From an uncultured Acidobacteriota bacterium (lineage in GTDB: Bacteria > Acidobacteriota > Thermoanaerobaculia > Thermoanaerobaculales > Sulfomarinibacteraceae): a DNA stretch of 64,000 bases. The notes beneath the pieces were generated by a model, which was not told the DNA's origin, searched no databases, and was given only the letters and a program-made list of their open reading frames with translations. Position 1 is the first letter of the stretch, and every line of letters begins with the position of its first letter. A program made the translations under genes and the position numbers. The stretch covers positions 19,062 through 83,061 of the forward strand of contig CAWFFJ010000041.1 of assembly GCA_963814875.1 (NCBI GenBank), given 5' to 3'. Positions 11,505 to 20,979 of this stretch are shown here, piece by piece.

Positions 11505-14500
11505 TCAGCGCGCGCCTTCGCGCTTGCCGCGGAAGAAGGCCGCCATCATCACCCTATCGACGACGGCGCGCGGCACACGCACCCCGCGTCGGTCGAGCCG
11601 GTCGAGCAACGGCACCAGCACCGACTCGAGGCGGCCGAGGCGGCGCGTCCAGCGAGATGGCGCCGGCGGCGGCATGAAGGGCTCTCCCTCGAGCTCCGGG
11701 TGGAGCGCGAGCAGGCTGTGCAGCGCGCGCCCGACCTGGACCTGGCGGCGCACGAAGTCGGTCAGGGTCTGGGGGTGGCAGTGCACCGCCTTCGCCCCCG
11801 GTTCGTAAACCAGACGCAGACCGGCCAGAGACAGCCGCCAGCCGAGCTCGACGTCCTCCCAGCCGTAGCCGCGGAAGGAGGCGTCAAAGGGGTGCTCCCC
11901 AAGCACCGACCGGGGCAGCGACAGGTTCGAAGTGTAGAAACAAGTGTAGGGCAGGTCTTCGTCGGCCCGCATCAGCCCGTACCCAAACTGGAGCCCTTCA
12001 GTGATGGCGCGCTCGAGGAACGGGGTCACCGCCATGTGCTCGCGGTCCCAGTCCGAGAAGCCCACCACCGCGCACGGCGAGCCCTCCGCACGGTGGCGGG
12101 CAACGTGGGCGGCGACCAGATCCTTGGCCGGGATCACGTCGTCGCCGAGGAACAACACCAGGTCGCCGGTGGCGTGCTCGAGGGCGTGGTTGCGGGCGAG
12201 GCCCTGGCCGGTGTTGTCCTGGTGCCGCGCGGTCAGTCGGCCGGCGAGGACGCCGTCGCGGGCCTCGCGCTCGAGAAACTCCCAGGTGTCGTCGACGGAG
12301 CCGTCGTCGACGACCACCACCTCGAGGTCGGCCCAGGTCTGGACCGCCAGAGCCGCCAGCGTGCGCTCGAGGGTCTCCCTCCGATTGAAGGTGGTGATCA
12401 CCACCAAGACCTTCGGCGTCGGAGGTGTCTCGGGTAACTCATCGGGGACGAACAGGATCCTGCGGACCGCGCAGCCGAGCGCAGTCCCGTTCCAGTCACG
12501 GAAGAGGTCGTGCGGGTGCCAGGCCGGGACCTCGATCTCGACTGGCACCAGGCCCCTGGCATCGGCCGACGCCTTCACCTCGACCGTCTGCCAGAGCTCG
12601 TCGGCGAGCGGCTGCGAGACCGCGTCGCCACCCGCCGACACCTTCACCGACCGCCCGTCACGCGCCTCGTCCGGGACGTGGATCTCCACGACCACCCGCC
12701 CCTCTGCGCGGGGCGGTAGCTTGAGCCAGCAGCGCGCACGGCCCGCCGTCGGCCGCGCCATGTCCTCGGCGACCCGCTGCGGGCCGTGCCATCCGGCGCC
12801 GAGGCGGCCGAGGGCCGAGTGGTGACCGGGCCGCAGCTCCGGGGAGACGATCCAGTGCTCTGCGTCCCGCTCCGGCACCGCCCGCGGCAGCTCCGGTGGC
12901 GCCGGCGGGTACGGCAGCTCGGTGATCAGTCCGCGCTCGAAGAGCTCTCGGTCGCTGATGTGTCGACGGCGCTGGATCCGCATCCGGGCACCCAGGGTCG
13001 ACGGCAGCCGCGCCAGGTTCCACCATGCGACGTGCGCCATCAGGCCCCAGGCGCGCCCGCGGCGCCAGTGGCGCACGAGCCCGCGCAGCGCCCGGGCGAG
13101 GTTCCATGGCTCGTAGTGCTTGATCAGACTGCGCACGTCGTGGCGGGCGCCGAGCCGCTCGCGCCAGGCGAGCGAGCGCTCCCGTCGCAAGGTGCCGCCA
13201 AAGGCGTGCTGGACCACCGAGTCGCGCACCACGACCACCCGCAGGCCCTCCAGCCACAGTCGCCAGCCGAGGTCGACGTCCTCGTGGTACATGAAGAACT
13301 CAGAGTCGAACCCGCCCACCTCCTCGAAGTCGCGCCGGCGCATCAACATGGCCGCGGCGGTCGGAAACAGGCACTCGGCAAGCTCCGGGGCCTCGCCGTC
13401 GGCGGGCTGACCGAAGTCGTGGTCAAAGCCGAGCCCGAGCTTGGTCATGCCGCCACCGCGCGCGTTGAGCACGTCGGGGTGGCCGAGCAGGCGCAGAGTC
13501 GAGCACGCGGCGCCGACGCTCGGTTCGGCCATGAGCGTCGCGAGCAGAGGGCGCAACCAGCCCGGCTCGACGACGGTATCGGTGTTGAGCAGCGCAACGT
13601 ACTGTGAGGAAGCAGCTTCGATCCCAAGCCGGTTGGCGGCGCCGAAGCCGAGGTTGGCGCCCATCGCCAGCACCCGGGCCTCCGGGTGGTTCGCGGCGAG
13701 CCACTCGAGACTGCCGTCGCTCGACCCGTTGTCGACCACGATCGTCTCAACCGGTACCTCGCGGGTCGCGGCCAGCGCCGGCAGGCAGCGCTCGAGGTGG
13801 CGGCGGCCGTTGTAGTTGACCAACACGACCGAGACCGGTGTGAATCGGGCCGGATCGGCGGCCTTCGCCCGACGCAGGCTCGCGGTGACCTCGGCGCAGC
13901 GCGCCTCGGCGTCCTCGACCGCGCGCTCGGTCGTGGCGAGCTGGCCGCGCAGGAACTCGATGCCGTGGTCACGTTCGGCGATGCCTGCTTCGAGGTCGGC
14001 GACCCGCTCGCGCCAGCCCTCGAGCTCGTGGGCGACCTCGCGCGGCAACAGGTCGGCCTTGACCGCGTGCTGGACCCGGCTCAGCACCTCCGGGGTGAAG
14101 CGCTGCCAATGCTTGGCGTAGAGCACGGCGCGGCCGCGGTCCTGGCGGTCCTGGCCGCCGGCACCGGTGATGAAGCCACCGCCGAAGGTCCGGTACTCGG
14201 CGACCTCGGCGTCGACAAAGCGGAACGGGAGCCGGTCGGCGAGGCGCAGGAAAAGGTCCCAGTCCTCGAAGCACTCGAGGCTCTCGTCGACGCCTCCCGC
14301 GGCGCGCACCACCGCCACCGGCGCGAGGCAGCCGATGATCGGGATGAAGTTCTCGAACAGCAGCACATCCGGGTCGAAGGGTCGGCCGAAGGTGCGGAAG
14401 CGGCGCCGCGGTCCACCCTCCTCCGGGTAGTGGAAGGCGCCGACGCGGCCGTAGAAGACCGCGTCACCGCCCGCCGAAGCGGCCGCAGCGAGGGTCGCGA

Positions 14501-14867
14501 TTCCGTCCGGAAGCCAGACGTCGTCGTCGTCCGAGAAGGCGATCCAGTCGCCGGTGGCGAGTGAGAGGCCGAGATTGGCTGCGGCGGAGCGTCCTATGGC
14601 CGTGTCCAGCCGCCGGTGGACCACGTCGACGTCGCCGGGCAGCGCCGCAAGTGCGGCATCGACCGGCGCGCCCCCGTCGTTGACCACCACCACCTCGAGC
14701 GGCCGCCAGGTCTGGGCGCCGAGCGCGGCGAGGGCCTCACCGAGCAGCTCGAGGCGGTCACGGGTGCGCACGATCACCGAGACCCGCATCGGGCCGGTCA
14801 CCGTCGCATCATCAAGCGGCTCGTGGACGTCTCCCACCGCCGACAAAGGTAGCAGACGGAGGCTCAT
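11505..14867 (-). CDS. multidomain glycosyltransferase with three GT2 domains
   Basis: 1120 aa. GT2-1: RVSVIVRTRDR...VVVVNDGG...FSDDDDVW. A coiled-coil-like segment follows. GT2-2: VSVVLVNYNGRRHLERCL...VVDNGSSDGS...NLGFGAANRLG...LLNTDTVV. Then ~300 aa of unknown function. GT2-3: LVVITTFNRRETL...VVVVDDGSVDDT...FLGDDVIP. Confidence 0.88.
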   Translation of the reverse strand: MSLRLLPLSAVGDVHEPLDDATVTGPMRVSVIVRTRDRLELLGEALAALGAQTWRPLEVVVVNDGGAPVDAALAALPGDVDVVHRRLDTAIGRSAAANLGLSLATGDWIAFSDDDDVWLPDGIATLAAAASAGGDAVFYGRVGAFHYPEEGGPRRRFRTFGRPFDPDVLLFENFIPIIGCLAPVAVVRAAGGVDESLECFEDWDLFLRLADRLPFRFVDAEVAEYRTFGGGFITGAGGQDRQDRGRAVLYAKHWQRFTPEVLSRVQHAVKADLLPREVAHELEGWRERVADLEAGIAERDHGIEFLRGQLATTERAVEDAEARCAEVTASLRRAKAADPARFTPVSVVLVNYNGRRHLERCLPALAATREVPVETIVVDNGSSDGSLEWLAANHPEARVLAMGANLGFGAANRLGIEAASSQYVALLNTDTVVEPGWLRPLLATLMAEPSVGAACSTLRLLGHPDVLNARGGGMTKLGLGFDHDFGQPADGEAPELAECLFPTAAAMLMRRRDFEEVGGFDSEFFMYHEDVDLGWRLWLEGLRVVVVRDSVVQHAFGGTLRRERSLAWRERLGARHDVRSLIKHYEPWNLARALRGLVRHWRRGRAWGLMAHVAWWNLARLPSTLGARMRIQRRRHISDRELFERGLITELPYPPAPPELPRAVPERDAEHWIVSPELRPGHHSALGRLGAGWHGPQRVAEDMARPTAGRARCWLKLPPRAEGRVVVEIHVPDEARDGRSVKVSAGGDAVSQPLADELWQTVEVKASADARGLVPVEIEVPAWHPHDLFRDWNGTALGCAVRRILFVPDELPETPPTPKVLVVITTFNRRETLERTLAALAVQTWADLEVVVVDDGSVDDTWEFLEREARDGVLAGRLTARHQDNTGQGLARNHALEHATGDLVLFLGDDVIPAKDLVAAHVARHRAEGSPCAVVGFSDWDREHMAVTPFLERAITEGLQFGYGLMRADEDLPYTCFYTSNLSLPRSVLGEHPFDASFRGYGWEDVELGWRLSLAGLRLVYEPGAKAVHCHPQTLTDFVRRQVQVGRALHSLLALHPELEGEPFMPPPAPSRWTRRLGRLESVLVPLLDRLDRRGVRVPRAVVDRVMMAAFFRGKREGAR

Positions 14868-15766
14868 CCAGGCGTGCGCGCCAGGGCGAAGATGAACGGC
14901 ACGTTGTGGAGCTCGGGCTTGCCCGCTCCTTCGCCGATGCGTACGTCCCGGAAGCCGGCGCAGGTGAGCAGGTAGCGCAGCGCGTCGACGCAGTAGAACC
15001 AGAAGTGGTCGCCGATCAGGTAGTCCGAGACGTCGCGCTCGCTCGACGGTACCTCGACGTAGAGCAGGCCGCCAGGCTCGAGCACCCGGCGGACCTCGGC
15101 CAGCAGCGGCGCCGGCTCATCGAGGTGCTCGAGCACGTGGACCAGGGTCACGAGGCGGAAGTGCCCGTCCGGGTAGCCCGCCTCCTGCAGGGTTCCGGTC
15201 GTGACCCGCTCCTCGCCGACCACGGTGCGCGCGTAGTCCGCGGCCCACTCGGAGATCTCCACTCCCCACGGCTCGTACCCGAGGAAGCGCAGGTACCGGA
15301 GCATGAGCCCGTTGCCGCAGCCCACGTCGAGCGCACGCTGTCCGCGCGGCGCAAGCTGCGAGAAGCCCAGCGCCCAGAAGAAGAGCGTGCGCGGCATTGC
15401 GTACTCGAAGTAGTTCGGGCTGCCGTCGGGGTAGATGAAGTCGCGGTTGGCCTCGAAGTAGCCCTGGTGGTGGACCTCGCGGGCACGCTCGACGGTGTCC
15501 CGTGTCGTCGCGAACGCCACCTGGCACCGCCGGCAGCGGACGATCTCACGCGGGAAACGACGGACGACGACCGTCGAGTCATGCAGGCAGAACGGGGGAG
15601 GTTCGGACGGTGACGGGTCGCAAGGGAACGGGCGGCTGCGACGGCGCCGGTCCGCCCACGCCTCCAAGACGAGGTTCGCCGCGGCGGCCAATCGTCCCCG
15701 ACGTCCGGCCAGGAGGCAAAAGCTCGGCCCGTAGGCCGCGCGCAGTGTGCGGCTTGACAACACCAT
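14864..15766 (-). CDS. class I SAM-dependent methyltransferase
   Basis: 300 aa. Motif I ALDVGCGNGLMLRYL and post-I region (VTLVHVLEHLDEP...LEPGGLLYVEVP). ATGA overlap with the downstream triple-GT2 start. The N-terminal ~55 aa are Arg-rich, so the true start is uncertain. Confidence 0.8.
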   Translation of the reverse strand: MVLSSRTLRAAYGPSFCLLAGRRGRLAAAANLVLEAWADRRRRSRPFPCDPSPSEPPPFCLHDSTVVVRRFPREIVRCRRCQVAFATTRDTVERAREVHHQGYFEANRDFIYPDGSPNYFEYAMPRTLFFWALGFSQLAPRGQRALDVGCGNGLMLRYLRFLGYEPWGVEISEWAADYARTVVGEERVTTGTLQEAGYPDGHFRLVTLVHVLEHLDEPAPLLAEVRRVLEPGGLLYVEVPSSERDVSDYLIGDHFWFYCVDALRYLLTCAGFRDVRIGEGAGKPELHNVPFIFALARTPG

Positions 15767-15841
15767 CCTCGGGATCGTGCCTGATTCGCCCCCCCCTGCA
15801 AGTGGGGTGCCGCGATCAGCAGGGAAGTTCTTCAGTCGGGT

Positions 15842-16624
15842 TTACGGAGATCGGCGCGCGAGCGTCGCCACATCCTGCTCGAGCCCGGCGGTCGGGCCCT
15901 GGCCCGCGGCCCACTCGGCGAGGTTCGTCGCACGGATCGCGTCGGCCGAGCTGAGGTGCAGGGCGGCCGCGCGCTTCACGTGGGCCGGCAGAGTGAGGCG
16001 GCGGGCGGTGGCGATGGCGTCCATCACCTCGAGGTAGGGCAGGATCTCGTTCTGGGAGCCGAAGCGGCGCGCCGCGGCGAGCACCTCGGGCCACTCGGCG
16101 GTGACGTCGACCAGCAGGTTGGGCCGCAGAAAGCCCGAGACCTCGTAACAAGCGAGGCTCGGTGCGCCGGTCAACGCGGCGTCGTGCTCGCGCAGCACCC
16201 GGTAGACCGCGTAGGCGAGCGCGCGGTGGTCGGGGTTGAGCTCGGCGGTCGAGGGCGCCAGCACCACCGCCGGCCGGACCTCGCGGAGGAGCCCGGCGAG
16301 GCGGCGGCTGAGCGTCGGGTCGCCGGGATCGAGGCTGCGGTCGGCGAGTCCCCAGAGCTCGGGCTCGGGCAGGCCGAGGTCGGCCGCGGCGGCGCGGGAC
16401 TCGGCATAGCGGGTCTCGGGATCGCCCTGGACGCCGCCGTCGGTGAGCACCACCGTGTGCACGACGGCCCCCGCGCGCACTGCCTGGACCAGCACCGCGC
16501 CGCAGCCGAAGACCTCGTCGTCGGGGTGGGGCGCCAGCGCCAGCACCGGCGAGCCCTGAAGCCGCCCGGGCGCGTAGGGGATCAGCTCCGACTCCTGCCG
16601 CATCGCCGCCATCATAGCCTGCAC
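15842..16624 (-). CDS. PIG-L (LmbE-like) family deacetylase
   Basis: 260 aa. Signature VLALAPHPDDEVFGCG...HTVVLTDGG...NPDHRAL. Confidence 0.85.
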   Translation of the reverse strand: MQAMMAAMRQESELIPYAPGRLQGSPVLALAPHPDDEVFGCGAVLVQAVRAGAVVHTVVLTDGGVQGDPETRYAESRAAAADLGLPEPELWGLADRSLDPGDPTLSRRLAGLLREVRPAVVLAPSTAELNPDHRALAYAVYRVLREHDAALTGAPSLACYEVSGFLRPNLLVDVTAEWPEVLAAARRFGSQNEILPYLEVMDAIATARRLTLPAHVKRAAALHLSSADAIRATNLAEWAAGQGPTAGLEQDVATLARRSP

Positions 16625-16708
16625 TTCTCACCTCCGAGGCCCAGACTCGCGTCGCAGGTGAGCCGGGACACGTCACAACCGTCGACGGCGCTGCCCTGAC
16701 CCGCTAGG

Positions 16709-18475
16709 ATGGCGCGCATGGGTCGGACATCCCGGAAGCTCGAACCGGCGCCCGTCGCGCCTGGATGGGTGGTCACCGCCTGTGGCCTGCTGTTCGCAGC
16801 CGTTGAGGTGGTCGTCATCCCAGGAGCCTCGAGCCCCTTCCGTCTGCCCAAGGAGGCCCTCGCCGTCGGCGGCCTCGTGGTCCTCGGGGCGCTGGTCTGC
16901 CTGCTCAAGGCGCGCGCTTTCGAGCTGCCCCGTGGCCCGCTCACCGTGGTGCTCGCCGCCCTGCCGATACTCGCCGCCATCTCGGCACTGTGGGCCGCGA
17001 GCCCGCGCACCGCCCTCCTGACGGCTGCCGCCTCCGCGGTGTGGGTAGCCTCCGCAGTTACGCTGGCGCAGCTCGGCCGACCGACCCGACGACGGATCGC
17101 GATCTGGACCTCGCTCGGCGTGCTGGCGTCGGCGCTCGCGATGGTGGCGGAACGGCTGGGCTCGCCGCTACTCGAAATCGAGCCCTCCGGAACCGCCTCC
17201 CGCCTCGAGCTCACCGGCCTGACCGGCAACCCCGCCGACCTCGCCCTGGCGGCGGTGCTGCTGCTGCCGCTGCTGGTGTCGGCTTTGGTCCGCGCCCACC
17301 CGGCCGGGCGTCGGTGGCTGCTGCCGGTGGTCCTTGCCGTCGCCTCGCTCGCCACCCGGACCCTGACAGCGGCCGTCGCGGTGGCGACGATGGTGGTCGT
17401 GATCGCGATCGTGACACCGAGCCGCAAGCTACGGATCGCCGTTACCGTTGCGGCGCTGCTCGCACTCTGCGTCGTCCCGTTCACCCCGCTCGGCACGCGG
17501 TTGATGGCATCGGGGAAGCGGCTCGCGCAGGGCGACCTCTACGACCTGTTCTCGGCCCGCGCCGACGGTTGGACGGCGGCTGCCGAGATGATCATCGAGC
17601 ACCCGCTGACAGGTGTCGGAGCGGGCCACTTCGACCGCGCCTACTACCCCGCCAGGGTCGCCTGGCTCACGGAACGTGGAGAGGTCGGGCAGCGCGGCGA
17701 GCTGGCGACCCACTTCGAGTGGGCGCACTGCGAGCCGCTGCAGGTCGTCGCCGAGCTCGGCGCACCGGGATGGCTGTGGCTGTCCGGGCTGCTCGCGGCG
17801 CTCGGCTGGCACTGGCGACGGACCGACAGCCCACTGATCGCCCTCTCCGCCTGCGCAGTGGTGCCGTTCGTTCTGATCCACTACCCGGCCCGGCTCGCGG
17901 TCGGCCTGGTGCCGCTCACGCTGATCGCGGCCGCGCTGCTCGCGCGCGAGCCCAAGGTGCGCCTCGAGATCCCGACGCTAGCGGGTCGTCGGGCACTGTG
18001 CGCTGCGGCGGTCACAGTGGCCGCGGCGATCATCATCTGGCAGTCGAGCCGGGTCTCCCTGGACCGCTGGCGCGGTCAGGCCGAGAGCCGGCTCACCGCT
18101 GCCGCCAGGCTGCAGCCGGCCGCGAGGGCGCAGGTGCTGACCGATCTCGAGCGGCAGGCGCTCGGGCGTGTCGACGGTGTCACGGCGACCACCGGCGACC
18201 TGTGGCGTCTGGTCGGCCGCGCCCGGCTGCTCCGCGATGCGCCGCGCCCGGCAGAGGCCGCGTTCCAGACCGCGATGACGGTGTGGCCCCACGAGGAGGC
18301 GGAGTTCGGACTCGGCCTCGCCCTCGCCGCTCAGGGGCGCCGCGTCGAGGCAGTGGCCCACCTCACCCGCGTGTGCCGGACCAACCCGTCGCTGACGGCG
18401 CTGATCACGGATTCCGACCTCCGCCAGACGGTCGAGGAGGCCCTTAACGCCATTGCACGGTCCGGCCACGGCTGA
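16709..18475 (+). CDS. O-antigen ligase-like (Wzy_C) polytopic membrane protein with C-terminal TPR-like region
   Basis: 588 aa, more than 10 TM helices. Wzy_C-type loop (GWTAAAEMIIEHPLTGVGAGHFDRAY). Helical TPR-like tail. An alternative start at ATG 16718 lies 7 nt after TAGGAT. Confidence 0.8.
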   Translation: MARMGRTSRKLEPAPVAPGWVVTACGLLFAAVEVVVIPGASSPFRLPKEALAVGGLVVLGALVCLLKARAFELPRGPLTVVLAALPILAAISALWAASPRTALLTAAASAVWVASAVTLAQLGRPTRRRIAIWTSLGVLASALAMVAERLGSPLLEIEPSGTASRLELTGLTGNPADLALAAVLLLPLLVSALVRAHPAGRRWLLPVVLAVASLATRTLTAAVAVATMVVVIAIVTPSRKLRIAVTVAALLALCVVPFTPLGTRLMASGKRLAQGDLYDLFSARADGWTAAAEMIIEHPLTGVGAGHFDRAYYPARVAWLTERGEVGQRGELATHFEWAHCEPLQVVAELGAPGWLWLSGLLAALGWHWRRTDSPLIALSACAVVPFVLIHYPARLAVGLVPLTLIAAALLAREPKVRLEIPTLAGRRALCAAAVTVAAAIIIWQSSRVSLDRWRGQAESRLTAAARLQPAARAQVLTDLERQALGRVDGVTATTGDLWRLVGRARLLRDAPRPAEAAFQTAMTVWPHEEAEFGLGLALAAQGRRVEAVAHLTRVCRTNPSLTALITDSDLRQTVEEALNAIARSGHG

Positions 18476-18563
18476 GTGCCGGCACGATCCGCACAGCGCG
18501 AGAGCCGGAGCTCACCACGACCCACTTGTGGTGCGGGGCTGCAGGCGGCTGCTACGCTGAACT

Positions 18564-18587
18564 CCTCTGAGCCTCTGTGTCTCTGTG
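18564..18587. repeat. three tandem CTCTGTG-type octamers (half-element related to 44691-44726)
   Basis: CCTCTGAG CCTCTGTG TCTCTGTG, in the gap between convergent genes (stops at 18475 and 18607). Confidence 0.7.
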
Positions 18588-18606
18588 GTTTGTCAGTCCG
18601 CCGACG

Positions 18607-19632
18607 CTACCGCAGCGCCTGCTCGACGGCGGCGCGGATCGCGGCGCGGACGGTTTCCGGACGGTAGTGGCGCACCCACACCGCGTGGCCGCGCGCCGCG
18701 AGCTCCGCCGCTTCGGCCGGATCCTGTAGTAGCCGCACGAGGGTGTCCACCCACTCCGCAGGGCCGTCGGCCACCGCGACCCCGGATGCGGGATCGTCCT
18801 CGAGCCCGGCGGCCGTCCACGGGTGCGCCACCACCGGCCGGCCGGCCGCCCACGCCTCGAGGACCTTCATCGGTACCCCCGAGCCCGTCGCCATCGGCGC
18901 CACGGCCACGGTCGCTGCAGCGAGGCTCGGCCCGAGATCTGGCAGGTCGCCACGCACCTCCACCCCGGGCAGGGCGGCGAGGGCACGCACCGCTCGTGCC
19001 GGGCGCGCGCCGGCGAGCAGCCAGCGTGCGTCGGGGACGCGGGCCTTGAGCGCCGGCCACACCTCGCTTGCGAAGCGACACGCGGCGAGCACGGTCGGAC
19101 GGTAGCCGAGGTTCCCCGAGAGGAGCACGGTGGGCGGACCGGCCGGTGGTGCGGACGGCCTGCTCGGAGCTGCCGCTGCGACCGGGACCATCCGCCCCCG
19201 CGTACCCGCGCCGAGCGCCTCGAGATCGCGCCTCGCCACCGCGGTCACCACCCGGGAACGGTCGACCAACCATGCTTCCCGCCGGGCGCAGCGGGAGGCC
19301 TCGGCGCGCAGCATGCGGGCGAGCGGACCCTTCGCAGTCTCGGCGGCGCGCGTGAAGTGGAGCGCCATCGAGTCGATCGCGTCGAACACGACCGGAGTCT
19401 GGGCAGCGCGGAGCGCGATCACCTCGACCGCCCAGGCGGAGCGTACGAGCTGCACCACCGCGACGTCCCACGGGTCAGCGGCCAGCGCCCGCTCGAGCGC
19501 GCGCCGCGCCCTGCGGCCCGCGTACAGACCCTCCTGGGCGGGGCGGCCCGCCAGGACGGTGCGAGCGGCTCCGGCGAGGGCCGCGACGCCGGGTCGCGGT
19601 GCAAGCCAGATCCGCGGACCGCCGGCCGGCAC
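18607..19632 (-). CDS. glycosyltransferase family 4 (GT-B); the true start is probably upstream, possibly CTG at 19764
   Basis: 341-aa ORF from GTG 19632. C-terminal GT-B domain (PDARWLLAGARP...VAPMATGSGVPMKVLEAWAAGRPVVA). The same frame upstream reads LRILIVASRLPFPGRRGNEVRTGQWIEAL, a typical GT4 N-terminus, but contains no ATG/GTG/TTG. Confidence 0.8.
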   Translation of the reverse strand: MPAGGPRIWLAPRPGVAALAGAARTVLAGRPAQEGLYAGRRARRALERALAADPWDVAVVQLVRSAWAVEVIALRAAQTPVVFDAIDSMALHFTRAAETAKGPLARMLRAEASRCARREAWLVDRSRVVTAVARRDLEALGAGTRGRMVPVAAAAPSRPSAPPAGPPTVLLSGNLGYRPTVLAACRFASEVWPALKARVPDARWLLAGARPARAVRALAALPGVEVRGDLPDLGPSLAAATVAVAPMATGSGVPMKVLEAWAAGRPVVAHPWTAAGLEDDPASGVAVADGPAEWVDTLVRLLQDPAEAAELAARGHAVWVRHYRPETVRAAIRAAVEQALR

Positions 19633-19847
19633 GTCGGCCGCCGAGCCGGGCGCGACCAGACCCAGCTCCGCGTCGTCGAGCGCCTCGATCCACTGCCCGG
19701 TCCGGACCTCGTTACCGCGTCGGCCCGGAAAGGGCAGCCGGCTGGCGACGATCAGGATCCGCAGCCCAGACCCCCTGGCCCGCGTGGAGCCCTTGCGCTG
19801 CGCGGTGTGCGCCGGGCGGCGCGCAGTTCCTCAGCCGTGAGCGAGCA

Positions 19848-19875
19848 CTTCACTCCTCACTCCTCACCCTTCACT
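19848..19875. repeat. heptamer tandem repeat (CYTCACY, 4 units) spanning the degT-like stop codon
   Basis: CTTCACT CCTCACT CCTCACC CTTCACT on the + strand, equal to AGTGAAG GGTGAGG AGTGAGG AGTGAAG on the coding (-) strand. Confidence 0.65.
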
Positions 19876-20979
19876 CCCATAGAACTCGGCGATCGCCGCC
19901 ACCACCTCCTCGAGCTCGGCGAGGGTCAGCTCGGGGAAGACCGGCAGCGCGAGGACCTCGCGACTGGCCTGCTCGGCGACCGGGAGGTCGCCTTCGCGGT
20001 AGCCGAGCTCGGCGAAGCAGGGTTGAAGGTGAAGAGGCAGGGGGTAGTAGACCGCCTGGCCGATGCCGCGCTCCGCGAGGCTGGCGCGCAGCTCGTCGCG
20101 CCGCGGGACGCGTACCACGTACTGGTTGAAAGTGTGGCCGCGACCGGGCACCTCGGCCGGCAGCCCGACGATCTCGTCGAGCCCGGCGTCGTGGAACAGG
20201 TGGGCGTACCGGCGGGCGTTGGCCCGGCGGCCCTCGACCCAGGCCGCGACGTGGGGCAGCTTGACCCGGAGGATCGCCGCCTGCAAGGCGTCGAGGCGGA
20301 AGTTGCCGCCGATCCGGGGATGGAGGTAAACACCCGACTGACCGTGCACGCGCAGCTCCTTGAGCAGGCGCGCGAGCTCGTCATCGTGGGTCGTGACCAT
20401 GCCGCCGTCGCCGAAGCAACCGAGGTTCTTCGACGGGAAGAACGAGAACGCTCCCATGCATCCGATCCCGCCGACGAGGGTGCCCGCGAAGCTGGCACCC
20501 CACGACTGCGCGCAGTCCTCGAGCACGGGCACCGCCCCGCAGGCGTCACGAAGAGCGCCGAGGTCGGCCGACTGACCGAAGAGGTGGACCGGAACCACCG
20601 CCTTGGTCCGAGGACCGAGGCGGGCCGCAAGCTGGCCGGGGTCGATGCAGTAGTCGACGGGGTCGACGTCGACGAAGACCGGGCGGGCGCCGAGCCGGGA
20701 CACCACCCCGGCGGTGGCAAAGAAGGTGAAGGTCGGCACCACCACCTCGTCCCCCGAACCAACGCCGAGCGCCATCAGGGCGACCAGGAGAGCGTCCGTG
20801 CCCGAGCTCATGCCGATCGCGTGCCGCACGCCGAGGGCGGCGGCGGCCTCGCGCTCGAAGGCCTCGACCTCGGCGCCGAGAATGAAACGCTGGCTCGTGC
20901 ACACGCGGCCGATGGCTTCCTCGATGTCGCCGTGCAGAGGGGCGTATTGACGGGTCAGGTCGAGCAGGGGCACAGGCAT
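19864..20979 (-). CDS. DegT/DnrJ/EryC1/StrS family PLP-dependent sugar aminotransferase
   Basis: 371 aa. LLDLTRQY...FILGAEVEAFE...SGTDALLVAL...FSFFPSKNLGCFGDGG. ATG preceded by AAGGAGA. Confidence 0.92.
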   Translation of the reverse strand: MPVPLLDLTRQYAPLHGDIEEAIGRVCTSQRFILGAEVEAFEREAAAALGVRHAIGMSSGTDALLVALMALGVGSGDEVVVPTFTFFATAGVVSRLGARPVFVDVDPVDYCIDPGQLAARLGPRTKAVVPVHLFGQSADLGALRDACGAVPVLEDCAQSWGASFAGTLVGGIGCMGAFSFFPSKNLGCFGDGGMVTTHDDELARLLKELRVHGQSGVYLHPRIGGNFRLDALQAAILRVKLPHVAAWVEGRRANARRYAHLFHDAGLDEIVGLPAEVPGRGHTFNQYVVRVPRRDELRASLAERGIGQAVYYPLPLHLQPCFAELGYREGDLPVAEQASREVLALPVFPELTLAELEEVVAAIAEFYGSEG

